The notes below the pieces were generated by a model that was not told the DNA's origin, made no database searches, and saw only the letters and a program-made list of their open reading frames with translations. A DNA stretch of 62,351 nt from Octopus bimaculoides (lineage: Eukaryota): the NCBI RefSeq assembly GCF_001194135.2, contig NC_068988.1:20947119-21009469 (forward strand). The letters are read 5' to 3'. The first letter of the stretch is position 1. Each line of letters opens with the position of its first letter. Of the stretch, positions 1 through 13,984 are shown piece by piece. Made by a program: the position numbers and the translations under genes.

Positions 1-2142
1 CACCCATCAACTTGCAGACAGTGTATTCCGTTAAATTAATTAACTTATTTTGTAACTAAAATGACAAAAACCACAATATACAAATGCTTATGACATACCA
101 TGTTTGTTTATATATATATATATATATACATGTACACAACTGCAGAGGGAGTCTACAAATTATTTAACCAGGCAGTTATTATCACCTCAACATGATTGAT
201 TTCTTATTCTTGCTACTAGGTGTAGGCAAGTCTGTTAAGTACAGGTGTAGCTGTTAGGCACCCCCTAATCCTTAGCTAAAACATGACTATCATGTTTGAG
301 AAGCTTCCTTCCCAAACACGTGGTTCTGCGTTTCAGCCTCACTATGTGACACCATGGCCAAGTGTCTTCTACTTCAACCTCAGGGCCTTGTGAGTGGATT
401 TAATAGATGGAAACCAAAAGAAGTTTGTTTGTGTGTGTGTGCACATCCATGTCCGTACCCTAGTTTTAACAAAATGTGATAGTTGTAAGTAAGCATCATC
501 ATGCAAACGGTGCTATTCATTCCCAGTTTTCCATGTAAAACATACCTGGCTATGGGGAAACATTACTTCGCTTGGAAACAAATGAGGGGTGATATTAGGA
601 AGGGCATCTATCTGTAGAAAACCTCCTTAGACAAAACACCATCTGACCCATGCGAACATGGAAAAGATGTTAAATGATGATGCTGATTTTCAAGGGTGGC
701 AGATTAAATGGTTTGTAGCATTTAGTTTTATTCCTTCATGTTCCAAGTTCAAATCCTGCTGAGGACGACTTTTCCTTCATCTTTCCAGGCTTGATAAAGT
801 AAGTGGCTCAAAGCATTAAATAGTTTGGGACCTAGCATTAAATAAATAGCTTGGGACCTACTAATTTTTCTAACACTGTCCATGATTATAAATAAGAGCT
901 ATTACTATATCACCATCATCATTTTACATCTGTATTCCATGCTAGAATCGATTGGGCTGTTTGACGAAATTCAACAGGTCACAAGACTGTGTCAAGCTCC
1001 AGTGTCTGCTTTAGCATAGTTTCTACAGACAGATGCTCTTCCTAATGCAGGCCATTTTACAAAGTGTACTGGATGCTTTTTTTCACATGACTAGCACTAA
1101 TGAGATCACCAAGTAGCTTACAAGATAAGACTCTTTGATTGAGGGTGAATGTAGTATTGAAGGAAGTGGCTTAAGCCAGGTGTTGAGGGGCAGGTGCATA
1201 GCAAAAAGAAGAAATAAATGATTTGCTGTAGAGGAGATACTTAGCCACCCCAAAAGTAAAAGGGAGAGAAGATGGTGGTTGTGGGTATGTGTGTGCATGT
1301 AACAACAGCAGAGGAGTTTACAAACCCTATGCGATCGGTAAGATTAAATGTGTAGGGATCGGTGCCAGTAAGAAAAATATGAGCAAGAACAGGGAATTAC
1401 AAACAAATGACTGAGTAGCATTCTAGGGCAGCATCGTATGCACACATATTTTTCTTTCAATTTGTAACAAATGGCCATGGTAGCTTCCTTAAATTGGTCA
1501 ATTTAATTCAGAAGAGAGGAAACTGTTGGCTGCTAAGGCAGAGAAACAAAGCAGTTTCAGATCTCATTTACAAAATATTGCCTAACAAACATTTGCAATA
1601 TACAACTCCAGACACTTTCCTTTCGATGCCTCCCAAGCTGTTTAGCAATGACCTTTCCCAAGCTTTCTGTTAACAGGAGACACAATAAATTACTGATGTC
1701 CTGTAAACTAAGCATACAGGATAAGAAGAAAAAGTACATGCAGCCATCTTTGTTTTGTATCTCCCTTTTTCTTTTAAATTAGTGTTGCCACGCATAATTA
1801 ATCTAATGTTTCTGTTGAATGAGATTAAGTGAAATAGTTTTGAAATGGGAAATGTCTGTTGTGACTCAAGACAATGGAAAAAGATACACACGTAAATAGA
1901 TACGTATATATGTGTTTGTATGTGTATATTTGTGCATATGTGTGTGTGTATGTGTGTGTGTGTGTGTGTGTGTATGTGTCTCACTGGATGGAGTACATTT
2001 TTTTTTTTGTTGAACCCACAAATATTGCTTATAAAGTTATCATATATATACACACACATATAAATATGCTTGGCTTGCATATGATTGTATAACTTGCATG
2101 TACAGAGAGAATGCACAGGATATATACATATAAACATATAAG

Positions 2143-2183
<41 letters not shown>

Positions 2184-3420
2184 TCATCATCACTGTTTTA
2201 ACATCCACTTTTCATGTATGCATGGGTTAGATGGAATTTGCTGAGGCAGTTTTTTTTTTTTTTTGGCTGGATGCTCTTCCAGTTGCCAACCCTCAAGCAA
2301 AGTAATATTTCTTCATGATTGGACATATTTCCACAGCAAACTAGAAACAAAGAACACCACATGTATGACAGTGACACTTGTGTACAGTTATCATGTGATG
2401 TCCATACACACACATTTCACTGATTTCTGTACAGTTTCTGTTGACAAATTCCACTCAGAAGACTGAGTCTAAAACCACACTTACCCAAGGTGACAAGCTT
2501 CCATGTGTGTGTGTGTGTATTTATACATTTATGAAAAGTTTAAGTTATCTTTCATCATTACAGTATTACTGAAGGAAGAAATGCGAAACTGGGTAGCAAC
2601 AGAAATGTTTATATATATATATATATATATATATATNNNNNNNNNNNNNNNNNNNNNNNNNNNNNNNNNNNNNNNNNNNNNNNNNNNNNNNNNNNNNNNN
2701 NNNNNNNNNNNNNNNNNNNNNNNNNNNNNNNNNNNNNNNNNNNNNNNNNNNNNNNNNNNNNNNNNNNNNNNNNNNNNNNNNNNNNNNNNNNNNNNNNNNN
2801 NNNNNNNNNNNNNNNNNNNNNNNNNNNNNNNNNNNNNNNNNNNNNNNNNNNNNNNNNNNNNNNNNNNNNNNNNNNNNNNNNNNNNNNNNNNNNNNNNNNN
2901 NNNNNNNNNNNNNNNNNNNNNNNNNNNNNNNNNNNNNNNNNNNNNNNNNNNNNNNNNNNNNNNNNNNNNNNNNNNNNNNNNNNNNNNNNNNNNNNNNNNN
3001 NNNNNNNNNNNNNNNNNNNNNNNNNNNNNNNNNNNNNNNNNNNNNNNNNNNNNNNNNNNNNNNNNNNNNNNNNNNNNNNNNNNNNNNNNNNNNNNNNNNN
3101 NNNNNNNNNNNNNNNNNNNNNNNNNNNNNNNNNNNNNNNNNNNNNNNNNNNNNNNNNNNNNNNNNNNNNNNNNNNNNNNNNNNNNNNNNNNNNNNNNNNN
3201 NNNNNNNNNNNNNNNNNNNNNNNNNNNNNNNNNNNNNNNNNNNNNNNNNNNNNNNNNNNNNNNNNNNNNNNNNNNNNNNNNNNNNNNNNNNNNNNNNNNN
3301 NNNNNNNNNNNNNNNNNNNNNNNNNNNNNNNNNNNNNNNNNNNNNNNNNNNNNNNNNNNNNNNNNNNNNNNNNNNNNNNNNNNNNNNNNNNNNNNNNNNN
3401 NNNNNNNNNNNNNNNNNNNN

Positions 3421-3545
3421 GTTCAGTCCCACTGTGTGGCACCTTGGGCAAGTGTCTTCTACTATAGCCTTGGGCCGACCAAAGCCTTGTGAGTGGATTT
3501 GGTAGATGGAAACTGAAAGAAGCCCGTCGTTAATATGTATATATA

Positions 3546-3595
<50 letters not shown>

Positions 3596-3805
3596 TGTCT
3601 GTGTTTGTCTCCCCAACTTCACTTGACAACCGATGCTGGTGTGTTTATGTCCCTGTCACTTAGCAGTTCGGCAAAAGAGACCGATAGAATAAGTACTAGG
3701 CTTACAAAGAATAAGTCCCGGGGTCGTTTTGCTCGACTAAAGGCGGTGCTCCAGCATGGCCGCAGTCAAATGACTGAAACAAGTAAAAGAGTAGAAAGAG
3801 AGTAA
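3421..3805 (+). mobile_element. Family A+B SINE, 5' end in gap
   Basis: Highly similar to 12440-12790. Confidence 0.85.
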
Positions 3806-5499
3806 ACCCTGTATTAAACCATCCAGTATCATTTGCCCCGCTAAGGTAGTGCCTCACAGGGATCAGCAACGTACACTCTTAATCCTTAGCTAAAAGTTCA
3901 TTCTTTTGCTGTAGTAGGGTAGTGAAATAAATGAGACAGAACTTCTCTTGGGTAAGATAGCATATTGCAGGTAGTTTTACACATTGGGAAAAATTGAACA
4001 AAGCATTTTGCAAGGTAACAAATCAATAGTCTATTCTCTAGAACTGTCACTGTTTACACTGGTGAGTATTAATCAAAATTAAGTGGACTTATAGCCAAGA
4101 TGTGGTAAATGTGTTGTATTCACAATCATCAGAACATGGGTTTGATTCCCAGGATGGACAGTGTGTTATGTTGTGCTGGGACCGGTATGTCAAAGAATAG
4201 ACCCAATGTTTTCTCTGCACATCATAAAAAGCAACTAAATGAGGTTGAGGTAGAATTTGCACTTTGACCTTGTAAAATTCTCAACATCAAATGACTGTCC
4301 AAACTGACCCATGGATTGGAGGCTTGTCACCCAAGTGGGGCAGAGATGTCAGCCACCAGGAGGAGTAGGGAATCACCAACAAATGGTGGATGCAGCAACT
4401 CATTTTTACAGCGCATGCCATCCCCTACTACTGCTACTACAACTACTACTACTGCAGCCAAGATGACTCACAGTTACATAAACTTAGCTTTTCGGACTTA
4501 AGTGTCTTAGCTACAAAACAGAGCTAATATTTGTGACAGGATACAAGCACCAAGAACTGTTAGTTGCCAATATCATATTGACTTAACCATTTATGCTCTC
4601 TTCATCATTAAGCATAATAGTAACAATTATTTCTACCACAGGCACAAGGCCTGCAATTTTGTAGGAAGGGTGCCGGTCGATTATCTCAACCCCAGTGTTC
4701 AATGGGTATTAATTTTGTAAACCGCAAAAGAATGAAAGCAAAGATGCTCCTGATGGAATTTGAACCCAGAATGTAAAGAGCTAAAAGAAATGTTGTTAAG
4801 CGTTTAGGCCAATATGGTAATTATTCTGCCTTTGGCATGATAGTGACAATAACGACATCCAACATAGGTAAATGCTAGATGTCCTTGAAAGAAATATTGT
4901 CTTTAAAATAAATCGACCTAGAAATTGATAGATATTTATTTTATCCGGGAAAGATGAAAGAAAAAGACAGCAAGGCATCATTTGAATGGAGTGTAAAAGA
5001 ATACACATCTTCAACAGATGCTTGACAATCTGGTATAATGTTTAGTATTGTTGTTGTCTCCAGCATGCATTTAATAATCACAATATTCGCAAATTATCAA
5101 AGAGATAGCTTATGTGAGGATTGATACCCATTTTGAATATCTATTGCACACCTTTTAGATTTAAGTAACCTTTCATTTGCAGAGATGATGACGATGATGA
5201 TGATAGATCAACCCTGTTTGATCAAAAGCATTCCAACCATGAACATCCAGTTATTTGAGGTTTATGTAGGACGACATTGTCCACTGAGTCCATTTTTAAG
5301 ATGGTTATGTAATGTGATATTGATTTAGCCTCTATTTCTATCATAAGTTGAACTTCTTTTTTGTTAACAAGGAAGGGTTGTGTTGCAAAGGAAAGAGTAA
5401 GAAGAAATGAAACTAAGATTCTAAGGATTTTCTTGGTCATTGTGCCAATCACCAAGCAGAAAGAATGTAAGCCACTCTGTACTCAGTGGATGCCACCTC

Positions 5500-5892
5500 A
5501 TTATCATCGTTTAACGTCTGCCTTCCATGCTAGCATGGGTTGGACAATTTGACTGAGGACTGGTGAACCAAATAGCTGCACCAGGCTCCAATCTGATTTG
5601 GCAGAGTTTCTACAGCTGGATGCCCTTCCTAACGCCAACCACTCCGAGAGTGTAGTGGGTGCTTTTACGTGCCACCGGCACAAAGACCAGTCAGGCGGTA
5701 CTGGCAACGGCCAGACTCAAATGGTGTATTTTACATGCCACCTGCACAGGAGCCAGTCCAGCAGCACTAGCAATGATTTCACTCGAATGTCTTTACACGT
5801 GCCACCAGCACAAGTGCCAAGAAGGCGACACTGGGCACACAGTGCCATCACGATTTCGCCTTTGCTTTCCCCAACAGGTCTTCGCAAGCCGA
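5500..5892 (-). mobile_element. Family C repeat
   Basis: Reverse complement aligns to 58870-59280. Confidence 0.8.
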
Positions 5893-6714
5893 GATTGAAA
5901 TTAAAGAGAGGGTGTGAGATTATGTTCCAAATATTGAAATACCTTTCAGAAGTATTACCCTACCCATGAGTTTAGGTTACTAACTACCTGGTGACATGTT
6001 TCTGTGAAAAATACTGACAGTCATTAAACATTTCTGGGAAACAAGCCGTTGACAGGAAGTAACAGTTTGGACCCCAGTAAAGCAAAGCACTAACCAAAAG
6101 GCCTCCTGCAATAAAGTTTGATGATAGGAACAGACCTCCAGCTGTAAAACACTTGCTTCATTCAACATTTATGCAGATAACCTGATTTACAGAATTATTT
6201 TATGGTAACACAGTAAAAGAAATAGCTTGTAAGTGTGTGTGTGTATGAGAGAGAGAGAGAGAGAGAGTATAGAAAATCATGTGTAAGTGTATGATATTGG
6301 AATTTGTGTGCCATACAGTGTCATATATGAGTGGTATATTTGTGTTTATGTATATGGTATAATAGTATAGTATAGTGTGGTACACTTATATGTGCACCAG
6401 AGCATAGTATTTAGATAAAACAGAATAGTTCATAACAAGACTAGCTGAACCTTCTTAAGCTTTTCAACCAATGACAGACGTTATCTCACCATTCATTCCA
6501 CAGCCTTTAAGTGGTATCAGAGTTTCAAATCCAGCTACATAATACGTGATATCACTAGTATCAATAAAAGGAGGATACTGACACAAGAAGTTCAGATTTA
6601 TGAAAGATTAAGAGCAGCAAACACCAGCACCTACCACCACCACAACCATTTTTATCATCTCAAACCTTTGAATCTATTTAATCATTACAAAAATATATAT
6701 TTTTTTTTACTTAC

Positions 6715-6772
6715 CACTACTACTACTTGCTTCAACTTTTTGCTTTCTGGTTAAATCATTCCTTCTAAACAT
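6715..6772 (-). CDS. Candidate alternative first coding exon of Abl (MFRRNDLTRKQKVEASSSS + G)
   Basis: ATG two codons after an in-frame TAA, 19 codons, then phase-1 donor G|GTAAGT (same phase as the 1b exon). A strong polypyrimidine acceptor TTATAG| at 6934 would define a 220-nt exon. Confidence 0.35.
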
Positions 6773-7136
6773 TCCTTAACTCGGGTCAACTCATAACATA
6801 TAACATAAAAACCTAACTGAATGAATAGGTTAGGACTTGCGCTTAACTTGAGATTGATAATCTCTAAGTATCATCAATTCAGCAGGTGGGTTTATATATA
6901 TATACATATATATTATCATTAACTACATTAAGTTCTATAATGAATAAAATTAAAAACAGAAAGGAAAGAGAAAAGCAACTTTAAGCAAATGCAACTTGTA
7001 CTTTTTTCTCACCATCCTCTACCACGTGTATGAGAGTTAAGAATAAAATATTTCCAGTATTAAAACAAAAAATAAATCAAAAGATTAATCATTGTATTAC
7101 ACAAAGACTTGCTAACATTTTTCCCCTGCTGTTCCC

Positions 7137-7175
<39 letters not shown>

Positions 7176-9524
7176 TCAGAGTCAACTCCTAGCAAATACA
7201 GAACATGAGAATAAGTATTTAAAAAAAAAAAAATTAAAAAAACATAGTNNNNNNNNNNAAAAAAATTAAAAAAACATAGTATTTAAAATAAAAAAAGACC
7301 CACCCAAAAGGTGCATGTGTGTATACATACACACATATATATATATATACACACACACACAAACATACACATGCATAATATTAATGACTTACACAACCTT
7401 ATTATATTGGTAGTAGTAACTAGTGACTTATGTACCAAAGTAGGTCACTGTAACTATATTCAATACAGAAAGAACCTGACTTCTTTTTCAACAATTTAGA
7501 TTATTACCAAATAGATAAACAACTATGAGCCTCTACACACAAGGTCACTTGACCTAGCAGCCAAATCTTCTCCAAATAACACACACCTCTCTTAATAAAA
7601 GAGAAAGATATATTATATAATGAATGAGTCCTGAAAACTATGACAGAATGTTCATGGTTGGAATGCCTTTGAACACAGGCCTGTTTAATCAGAGCTGACC
7701 TATGGTCAAATGGCAAAGAGAAACAAGTTAAAACGTATTCAATGATTTCTATAGTAAAAACTCCATTAAACTTTCAGTCAACTTACTGCGTGCACACACA
7801 AACACACACATAGAGTAAACCTTGTTGTTCATTATCAAATTAATTTACAGCGAACTGGCAGAATTGTTAACATGCCAGACGAAAATGCTTAGCAGCATTT
7901 CATTCATCACAACATTCTAAGTTCAAATTCTGTCACGGTCGACTTTGTTTTTTACCTATTCGGGGGTTGATGAAATTAGTCTAAGTTGAGTACTAGGGTC
8001 AATGTAATTGACTGGTCCCACACCCCTAAAAGATTTCAGGCATTGTACTTATAGTAGAAAGGATTATTTTTTATGTTTCTTAATTCTTTTAAACATGAAA
8101 AAAAAAAAAAAATTGACTATATTATTAAACACCATAAACTGAAAGCTGAGAAAATAAATTTGCTGTATACAAGCAGAAATTACAAGTAGAAACAAAATTA
8201 TCAACTAACAAAGTGTTGGTGTCACATAAATGATATTCAGTAACACTGTGAAAACCAAAAAAAAAAATAATAAAGTACTTCTAATCTATGGAGAATAGCC
8301 TAGTGACTAGGGTGTTGAACTCATGATTGTAGGATTGTAATTTCAATTCCTGGAGCATGTAGTAAATTGTGTTCTTCAGCAAAACACTTCATTTCATATT
8401 ACTCTATGTAACAGATACACTATGACAGATTGGCATCCCATTCAAGAAAAAAATCTGTGATCGCAGTCACTAATATGCCATGGAAATCAAGTAATTGGTC
8501 CTATGAGTCATAAGACTTGACACAGTAATTGGCCAGGGGTTGATGATGATGATGATGATGATGATAACACAAAATCTAAGGGAACATCTAGTAAAACCGG
8601 GAACATTACTATTTAATATCCCCATAGGCCATAGACCCTAAATCGGTACCTAGAGTAACAAACTATTTAAAATAGAAAACAAGGATATTTGACAGCTATT
8701 TCTAGCTGATGTGTTGTGTCCTATAACACCCTCCCTTGCAAAGAGCCACTATTTGTGTTATTGAAGTTTACATGAGGAAGAAGTTTGCTTTCAGATATAA
8801 CAAGCGTTTGGCATGGCCCAAGCCCATTGTACTGCCTACACACACGTGTGTGCGCACACGCACGCATGCGCGTGATGGTTTAAACGTATTGCTGTATTTT
8901 CTGCCCCATTTATTTGCTGGCCCACCTGCAACCACCGACTTCCAGCAGGGCTACTAGTGGTTAGCATCAAACCCACAAGTGGTGATTCCTTCTTCCCTTC
9001 CCCCACTTGCACCAGTCTTGGAGGTCCTGCAAAGGTCACGATGGTGCTGCCTCCTCTCCTTTGATGAAACCATAAAAATTCAAAAAGTTTAAAAAAAAAA
9101 TCAAGTAATAATAAAAAAAAAAACAGCATCTGGCAAGATAGTCAAATGTAAGCACTAGATAAGTGAATGAATATAATGTAGGTGAGTGTTAACTTAGACA
9201 TCAACCACTAATTCAAAACAATACTTAGCTAAATTACATTTATCTTAACTAAGTCATTAGATTGAAATTGGAATAATTGGCAGGTCTACAATAACATGAT
9301 TCTAATTGACAGCGGGAAGTGATATAACACAACACCCACAACTGATGCCCACATTTCAACAACTGGAACAGTTGTGGAAGCAATATAACATTACACCAAG
9401 TGATGCCATAATACTCAGACTATAAGAGATATGACTTATGACAGCGATAACCATATCATAAAAACAGCTATTGTGATGTAGGTGTCACTATTAGTTATTT
9501 TGGAATAGGTGTCACTATTATAAT

Positions 9525-9720
9525 GGGGAAGTCAGAGTGTTGGACTCATGATCATAAGATTATGGTTTTGATTCCTGGACTGGGCAACATGTTGTGTTCT
9601 TGAGCAAAACACTTCATTTCACATTGCTCCAGTCCACTCAGCTGGTAAAATTGAGTAATCTTGTGACAGACTGGCGCCACAACCAGGGAAGAATATATAC
9701 ACCAGAGAAACCAGCCCTAT
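9525..9720 (+). mobile_element. Degenerate tRNA/CORE-type SINE (family G)
   Basis: GGTTTTGATTCC B-box-like, then TGTGTTCTTGAGCAAAACACTTCATTTCAC; related at ~8290-8520 (+) and 20790-21052 (-). Confidence 0.55.
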
Positions 9721-9953
9721 GCTGCTTGTGGAGTAATGTGAACTAACCATAACCATTACAACTGTTGCATTGCATGGGTATGAATACCACAATTGTGGTG
9801 AGAGCATCACTACCCACCTTATGTGGTGTGAGCAATACACCCAAAGGTGTTATAGAATGGGTATTAGTCACAGCCGTTGCATTATGGGTAACAAAGCCTA
9901 AGCTGTTGGCTGTGAACACCATGCTTGATACCACTCCCATATTTATTCTGATG

Positions 9954-10338
9954 AGTGGAGGTGTAATGGCCCAGTGGTTAGGGCAGCGGACTCGCGGTCA
10001 TAGGATTGTGGTTTCGATTCCCAGACCAGGCATTGTGAGTGTTTATTGAGTGAAAACACTTAAAGCTCCACGAGGCTCCGGCAGGGGATGATGGTGAACC
10101 CTGCTGTACTCTTTCACCACAACTTTCTCTCACTCTTACTTCCTGTTTCTGTTGTGCCTGTAATTCAAAGGGCCAGCCTTGTCACACTGTGTCACGCTGA
10201 ATCTCCCCGAGAACTACGTTAAGGGTACACATGTCTGTGGAGTGCTCAGCCACTTGCACGTTAATTTCACGAGCAGGCTGTTCTGTTGATAGGATCAACT
10301 GGAACCTTCGACGTCGTAAGCGACGGAGTGCCAACAAC
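9954..10338 (+). mobile_element. Full-length tRNA-derived SINE (family E in this report) with 13-bp TSD
   Basis: A-box TGGCCCAGTGG, B-box GGTTTCGATTCC, (AAC)n tail; TSD ATTTATTCTGATG at 9941-9953 and 10339-10351. Confidence 0.9.
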
Positions 10339-10855
10339 ATTTATTCTGATGTGAGTGTCACTGTCATAGCCACTACAGTGTACACACCTGACACTGTGGT
10401 GTACCACTGAACAAAGCAAATAAATCTGCCTTCTCAAGTTTGTCTGACTGGCATTATGTTCTTAAACCTCTACTTCAAGATGATCAGAAACAGGAAAAGC
10501 ATCCAGTTGTAGCGAGAACATCCATCAAACTTATCTTATCCAGGGTAAACCAGGAAAATAGAGAGAGAGAGAAATTAAGTTGGTGGACAGGTGACTAAAT
10601 AATCAAGAGTTCAAATCTTAGTACAGCCACTGAGTTTTGCCCTTAGACAAAGCTCATGACTCTACTTGTCTCAGTGTGTTTAAACTAACAAGTTTCAATC
10701 TTACATCATAGTTGAATGGTTAAATGTATAAACTGCATTAAACCATAAAAACAACTACACCAAAACTAAAGTAACTGCAGAAGTGTTGCAAATCAAAAGT
10801 AACTATTTATTATTCACCACTAAGTCTCCTTGTCAAGAGTATGTTTCTAGCACAT

Positions 10856-10888
<33 letters not shown>

Positions 10889-12390
10889 TCAACGCTTTAT
10901 AGCTGAAAGAGGTCAGTCAACCTTGAAATAACTGAAATACATAGAGTGGAGAATTTGAAGTTTATTTGTTGTTCAGGGGATATTTTGCTGGTATTTAAAA
11001 GCCTATTAGACAAGATATGTAGTCAGACATTGTACCTATAATCACAATACCCATTATGTCCCACTTTTTCTTTTAGATAGCAGGATGTGATTTAAAAGAT
11101 CTGGTTGCTATTTCTAGTAGGATCAGTGACTATGTAGAGGTAACCTTATATTTAAGTTATGGTAGAAAGAAAACTAGAAACAAGTCAACTAGATATATGG
11201 CTTTTGCTGCAAAATTAGAGCGGAATTAACTTACAAGACACATGAGATTTAAAAGAGACCACAAATTCTAAGCAAAACAAATAAAAATTCCCAAGTGTTG
11301 AGGGACATTTTTTTATAAAAGTGAAAGAGGAAAACTGAGGGAAGTATCAAAAAGATTTCTTCAAAGATGTCAGATTAGAAATAGCTTCAAAGATAAGGGG
11401 TTAAAGTCTTGTGTGTAGGGGCAATGACTGGGTGGATAACCTAGCTGTAAACAGAACATAACTGACACAAGTTATCTGAGAAACTAGAGCACACTGCATA
11501 ACTATGGAAAACTGATCTTGGTTTTATAAACAGGCACTCAAAGCCAGTCATACTTGATATTTACAGAGGAGAACAAATGAAGTTGTGTGGTGTTCAAGAG
11601 CATTACCAGCAAATGTGAAGTGAAATGGCATACAACTGGAAACTGAAACCAAGTCTTAGGATCAACTGATTCTAGTGCACTTGCCTCACATATCATGACG
11701 CCAGTGAATGGTAGACGCTATATTAGAGACAGTTTGGTGTCTAGCTTGGAGTTTCATTGATCACAGTTCATACTCTACTAGGATTATTTTTTATCTTTAT
11801 ATGTGATAATGATGATGATCAAAAAAAGTTCTGGCTTAGCTACAAATGACCTACGTGCTATCTGTAACTGAAGAGGTGAAATCACACCAAAAACTGTATC
11901 TGGTAGTTCACTGATGTCACTTGGAGCTCAACTTCATATGTTTTCTACACACAAAACCTATTGACAAAGAATATGTTTTTTCTCTAAGACAAAGACTCAC
12001 AGTAAATTGCCTTTCATGTTCTTGGATACAAAAGGATACTTTTATTTTTAATGTATGTATATGAGTGTTAATAAAATGAGGACCAGTAATATACTGCAGT
12101 CGTGCATATTACAAACATTATTAACTTCAGTTTGGTACCAACCTACCACACAGACAACAAAGTATATATGAGATGATGAGCACTGATAAAATAAGGGCTA
12201 CCATTATTTTATTTACATTCAGGGTTTTCTGGTACTGATTGTGATAGAAAGGTATATGGTATACTAAGTAACAACTATGACCAGAGAAACAATAGGGAAG
12301 TCTTTTAACACTGCAGAGCCAAAGCATGTAATATTAACATAGAGAGAAGTTTGTGAAATACATAAAAACATAGATATATGCATGTATATA

Positions 12391-12790
12391 GGCACAGGAG
12401 TGGCTGTGTGGTAAGTAGCTTGCGTACCAACCACATGGTTCCGGGTTCAGTCCCACTGCGTGGCACCTTGGGCAAGTGTGTTCTACTATAGCTTCGGGCT
12501 GACCAAAGCCTTGTGAGAGGATTTGGTAGACGGAAACTGAAAGAAGTACGTCGTATATATGCATATATACATGTATGTGTGTTTGTGTTTGTCCCCCCAC
12601 CATTGCTTGACAACCGATGCTGGCGTGTTTACGTCCCCGTAACTTAGCGGTTCGGCAAAAAGAGAACGATAGAATAAGTACTAGGCTTACAAAGAGAATA
12701 AGTCCTGGGGTCGATTTTATCGACTAAAAGCGGTGTTCCAGCATGGCCGCAGTCAAATGACTGAAACAAGTAAAAGAGTAAAAGAGTAAA
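12391..12790 (+). mobile_element. tRNA-head, CORE-like SINE with internal (TA)n(TG)n and (TAAAAGAG)n tail (family A+B)
   Basis: A-box TGGCTGTGTGG, B-box GGTTCAGTCCC, CORE-like CCTTGGGCAAGTG, tail GAAACAAGTAAAAGAG. Further copies at ~3421-3805, 18925-19282, 37700-38070, 51410-51820 (+) and 30410-30657, 49715-50089, 56115-56465, 59920-60119 (-). Confidence 0.85.
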
Positions 12791-13111
12791 TATATATAGG
12801 GAGAATTCACAAAAAAAACAAAAGACGGGGTAGGCATCATTTAATGTCCATGTTCCATACCGGCATGGATAGGACGGCTGGACAGGATCCAGCAGCTCCA
12901 AGAACTGCATCCTGATCCAGTATCTGGCATTTTGTGTTTTCATCCAGAATGGAGATGAATATCTTTCCTTCATGTGATTGGCTTGAAAAATTGTAAAGAT
13001 ATTAAGATATTTTTCTTAAGAGGAAACCAATAGTAGTGTTAATGGACAAATGATGAAATTTTATCCACCAAAGCAGTGTTGAGCACTCTTGTTGGTCAAC
13101 ATTTATGTATA

Positions 13112-13984
13112 CAGGATGCGATGGGTAACTTGTTGCCATTTTATATTCTTAATTTCGCACATGCGCATTGTTTGCTTTTGATTTTGTCGACTACACAGTA
13201 TAGTAGGGTCAGTTCATCACCATCTGTGAGAAAATCAGCACCATGGTGCAATTCACTCTGCCAGAAATTTAGAAACGACATGCTGTACTGCTTGGCATTT
13301 GCACTGGAAGCTCCAATATGAACATTTCAGAGTGTTTGGGTGTCAGTCTGAGAACAGTGCAATCTGAGGACATTATTGAGAATGATAAAAATCAAACATC
13401 AAGTCAACATCATGGTGTTTAGAGTGATCACTAATGATATCAACATCATGCTTCTATTCCTCTTCCCACATGGCCTCACAATCAACATGGAGGCCTACAT
13501 CAAGTGCATGGGGGAAGTAGTGCTGCCCTGGGTCAAGAGGGTGGCTGCTGGAAGACCCTATATCTGGCAACAGGACTCTACCCCATGCCACACAAGGAGA
13601 ACCCAGTCATAGCTGTCAGACAATTTCTGTGACCACAGCACCCCTAACATCTGGCCACTTAACTCCTTAGACTGCAACCCCCTTGATTATTATGTGTGGG
13701 GCACAGTTGAGAGAAAGACCAACAAAACTCCTTGTAACACCAAAGATGAACTGAAGACAAGTATTATGGCAGCATTCAAACAAGGAGACCATCCAGAAGA
13801 GTTGCAGATTCCAAAGTCATCTGGAGGCTGTAGTTGAAGCCAATGGTGATTTTAATGAATAACTTTACTCTAGTATTTCAAGATATTTTAATGTAATTTT
13901 GGCAAACATATTCTGTTAAAATGAGATGTCAATGTTATTTTCATTTCTGCGTAATTTAGATGACAGTCTATTCACTGCACCCTG
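13112..13984 (+). mobile_element. Decayed maT (DD37D-like) Tc1/mariner transposon
   Basis: Translates to WQQDSTPCHT...WPLNSLDCNPLDYYVWG...LEAVVEANGDF with a stop and frameshifts. D-to-D spacing is 36 here, consistent with DD37D minus one codon. Degenerate TIRs (CAGGATGCG.../...TGCACCCTG) with TA at the left end. Confidence 0.75.

Noticed and set aside
1557-1700. Good acceptor at 1700 as a possible Abl exon 2
   Set aside because: Phase-1 reading stops after GHQ and no frame resembles EAL..SRP or SH3 sequence.
7221-7281. Direct repeat flanking a 10-N gap
   Set aside because: Typical unmerged contig overlap; assembly artefact.
8923-8960. ALL-containing reading resembling Abl EALLQSR
   Set aside because: It reads ALLEVGG; the similarity needs a frameshift.
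11235-11267. 33-nt segment with a strong acceptor and GTAAGT donor
   Set aside because: In Abl's phase it ends in T and would form TAA/TAG with a Glu codon remainder; at best a poison exon, and no other support.
6715-12020. Resemblance of NMKG and KQK...SSSG to the CK1-alpha C-terminus
   Set aside because: Motif order is reversed and no kinase exons are present; coincidence.
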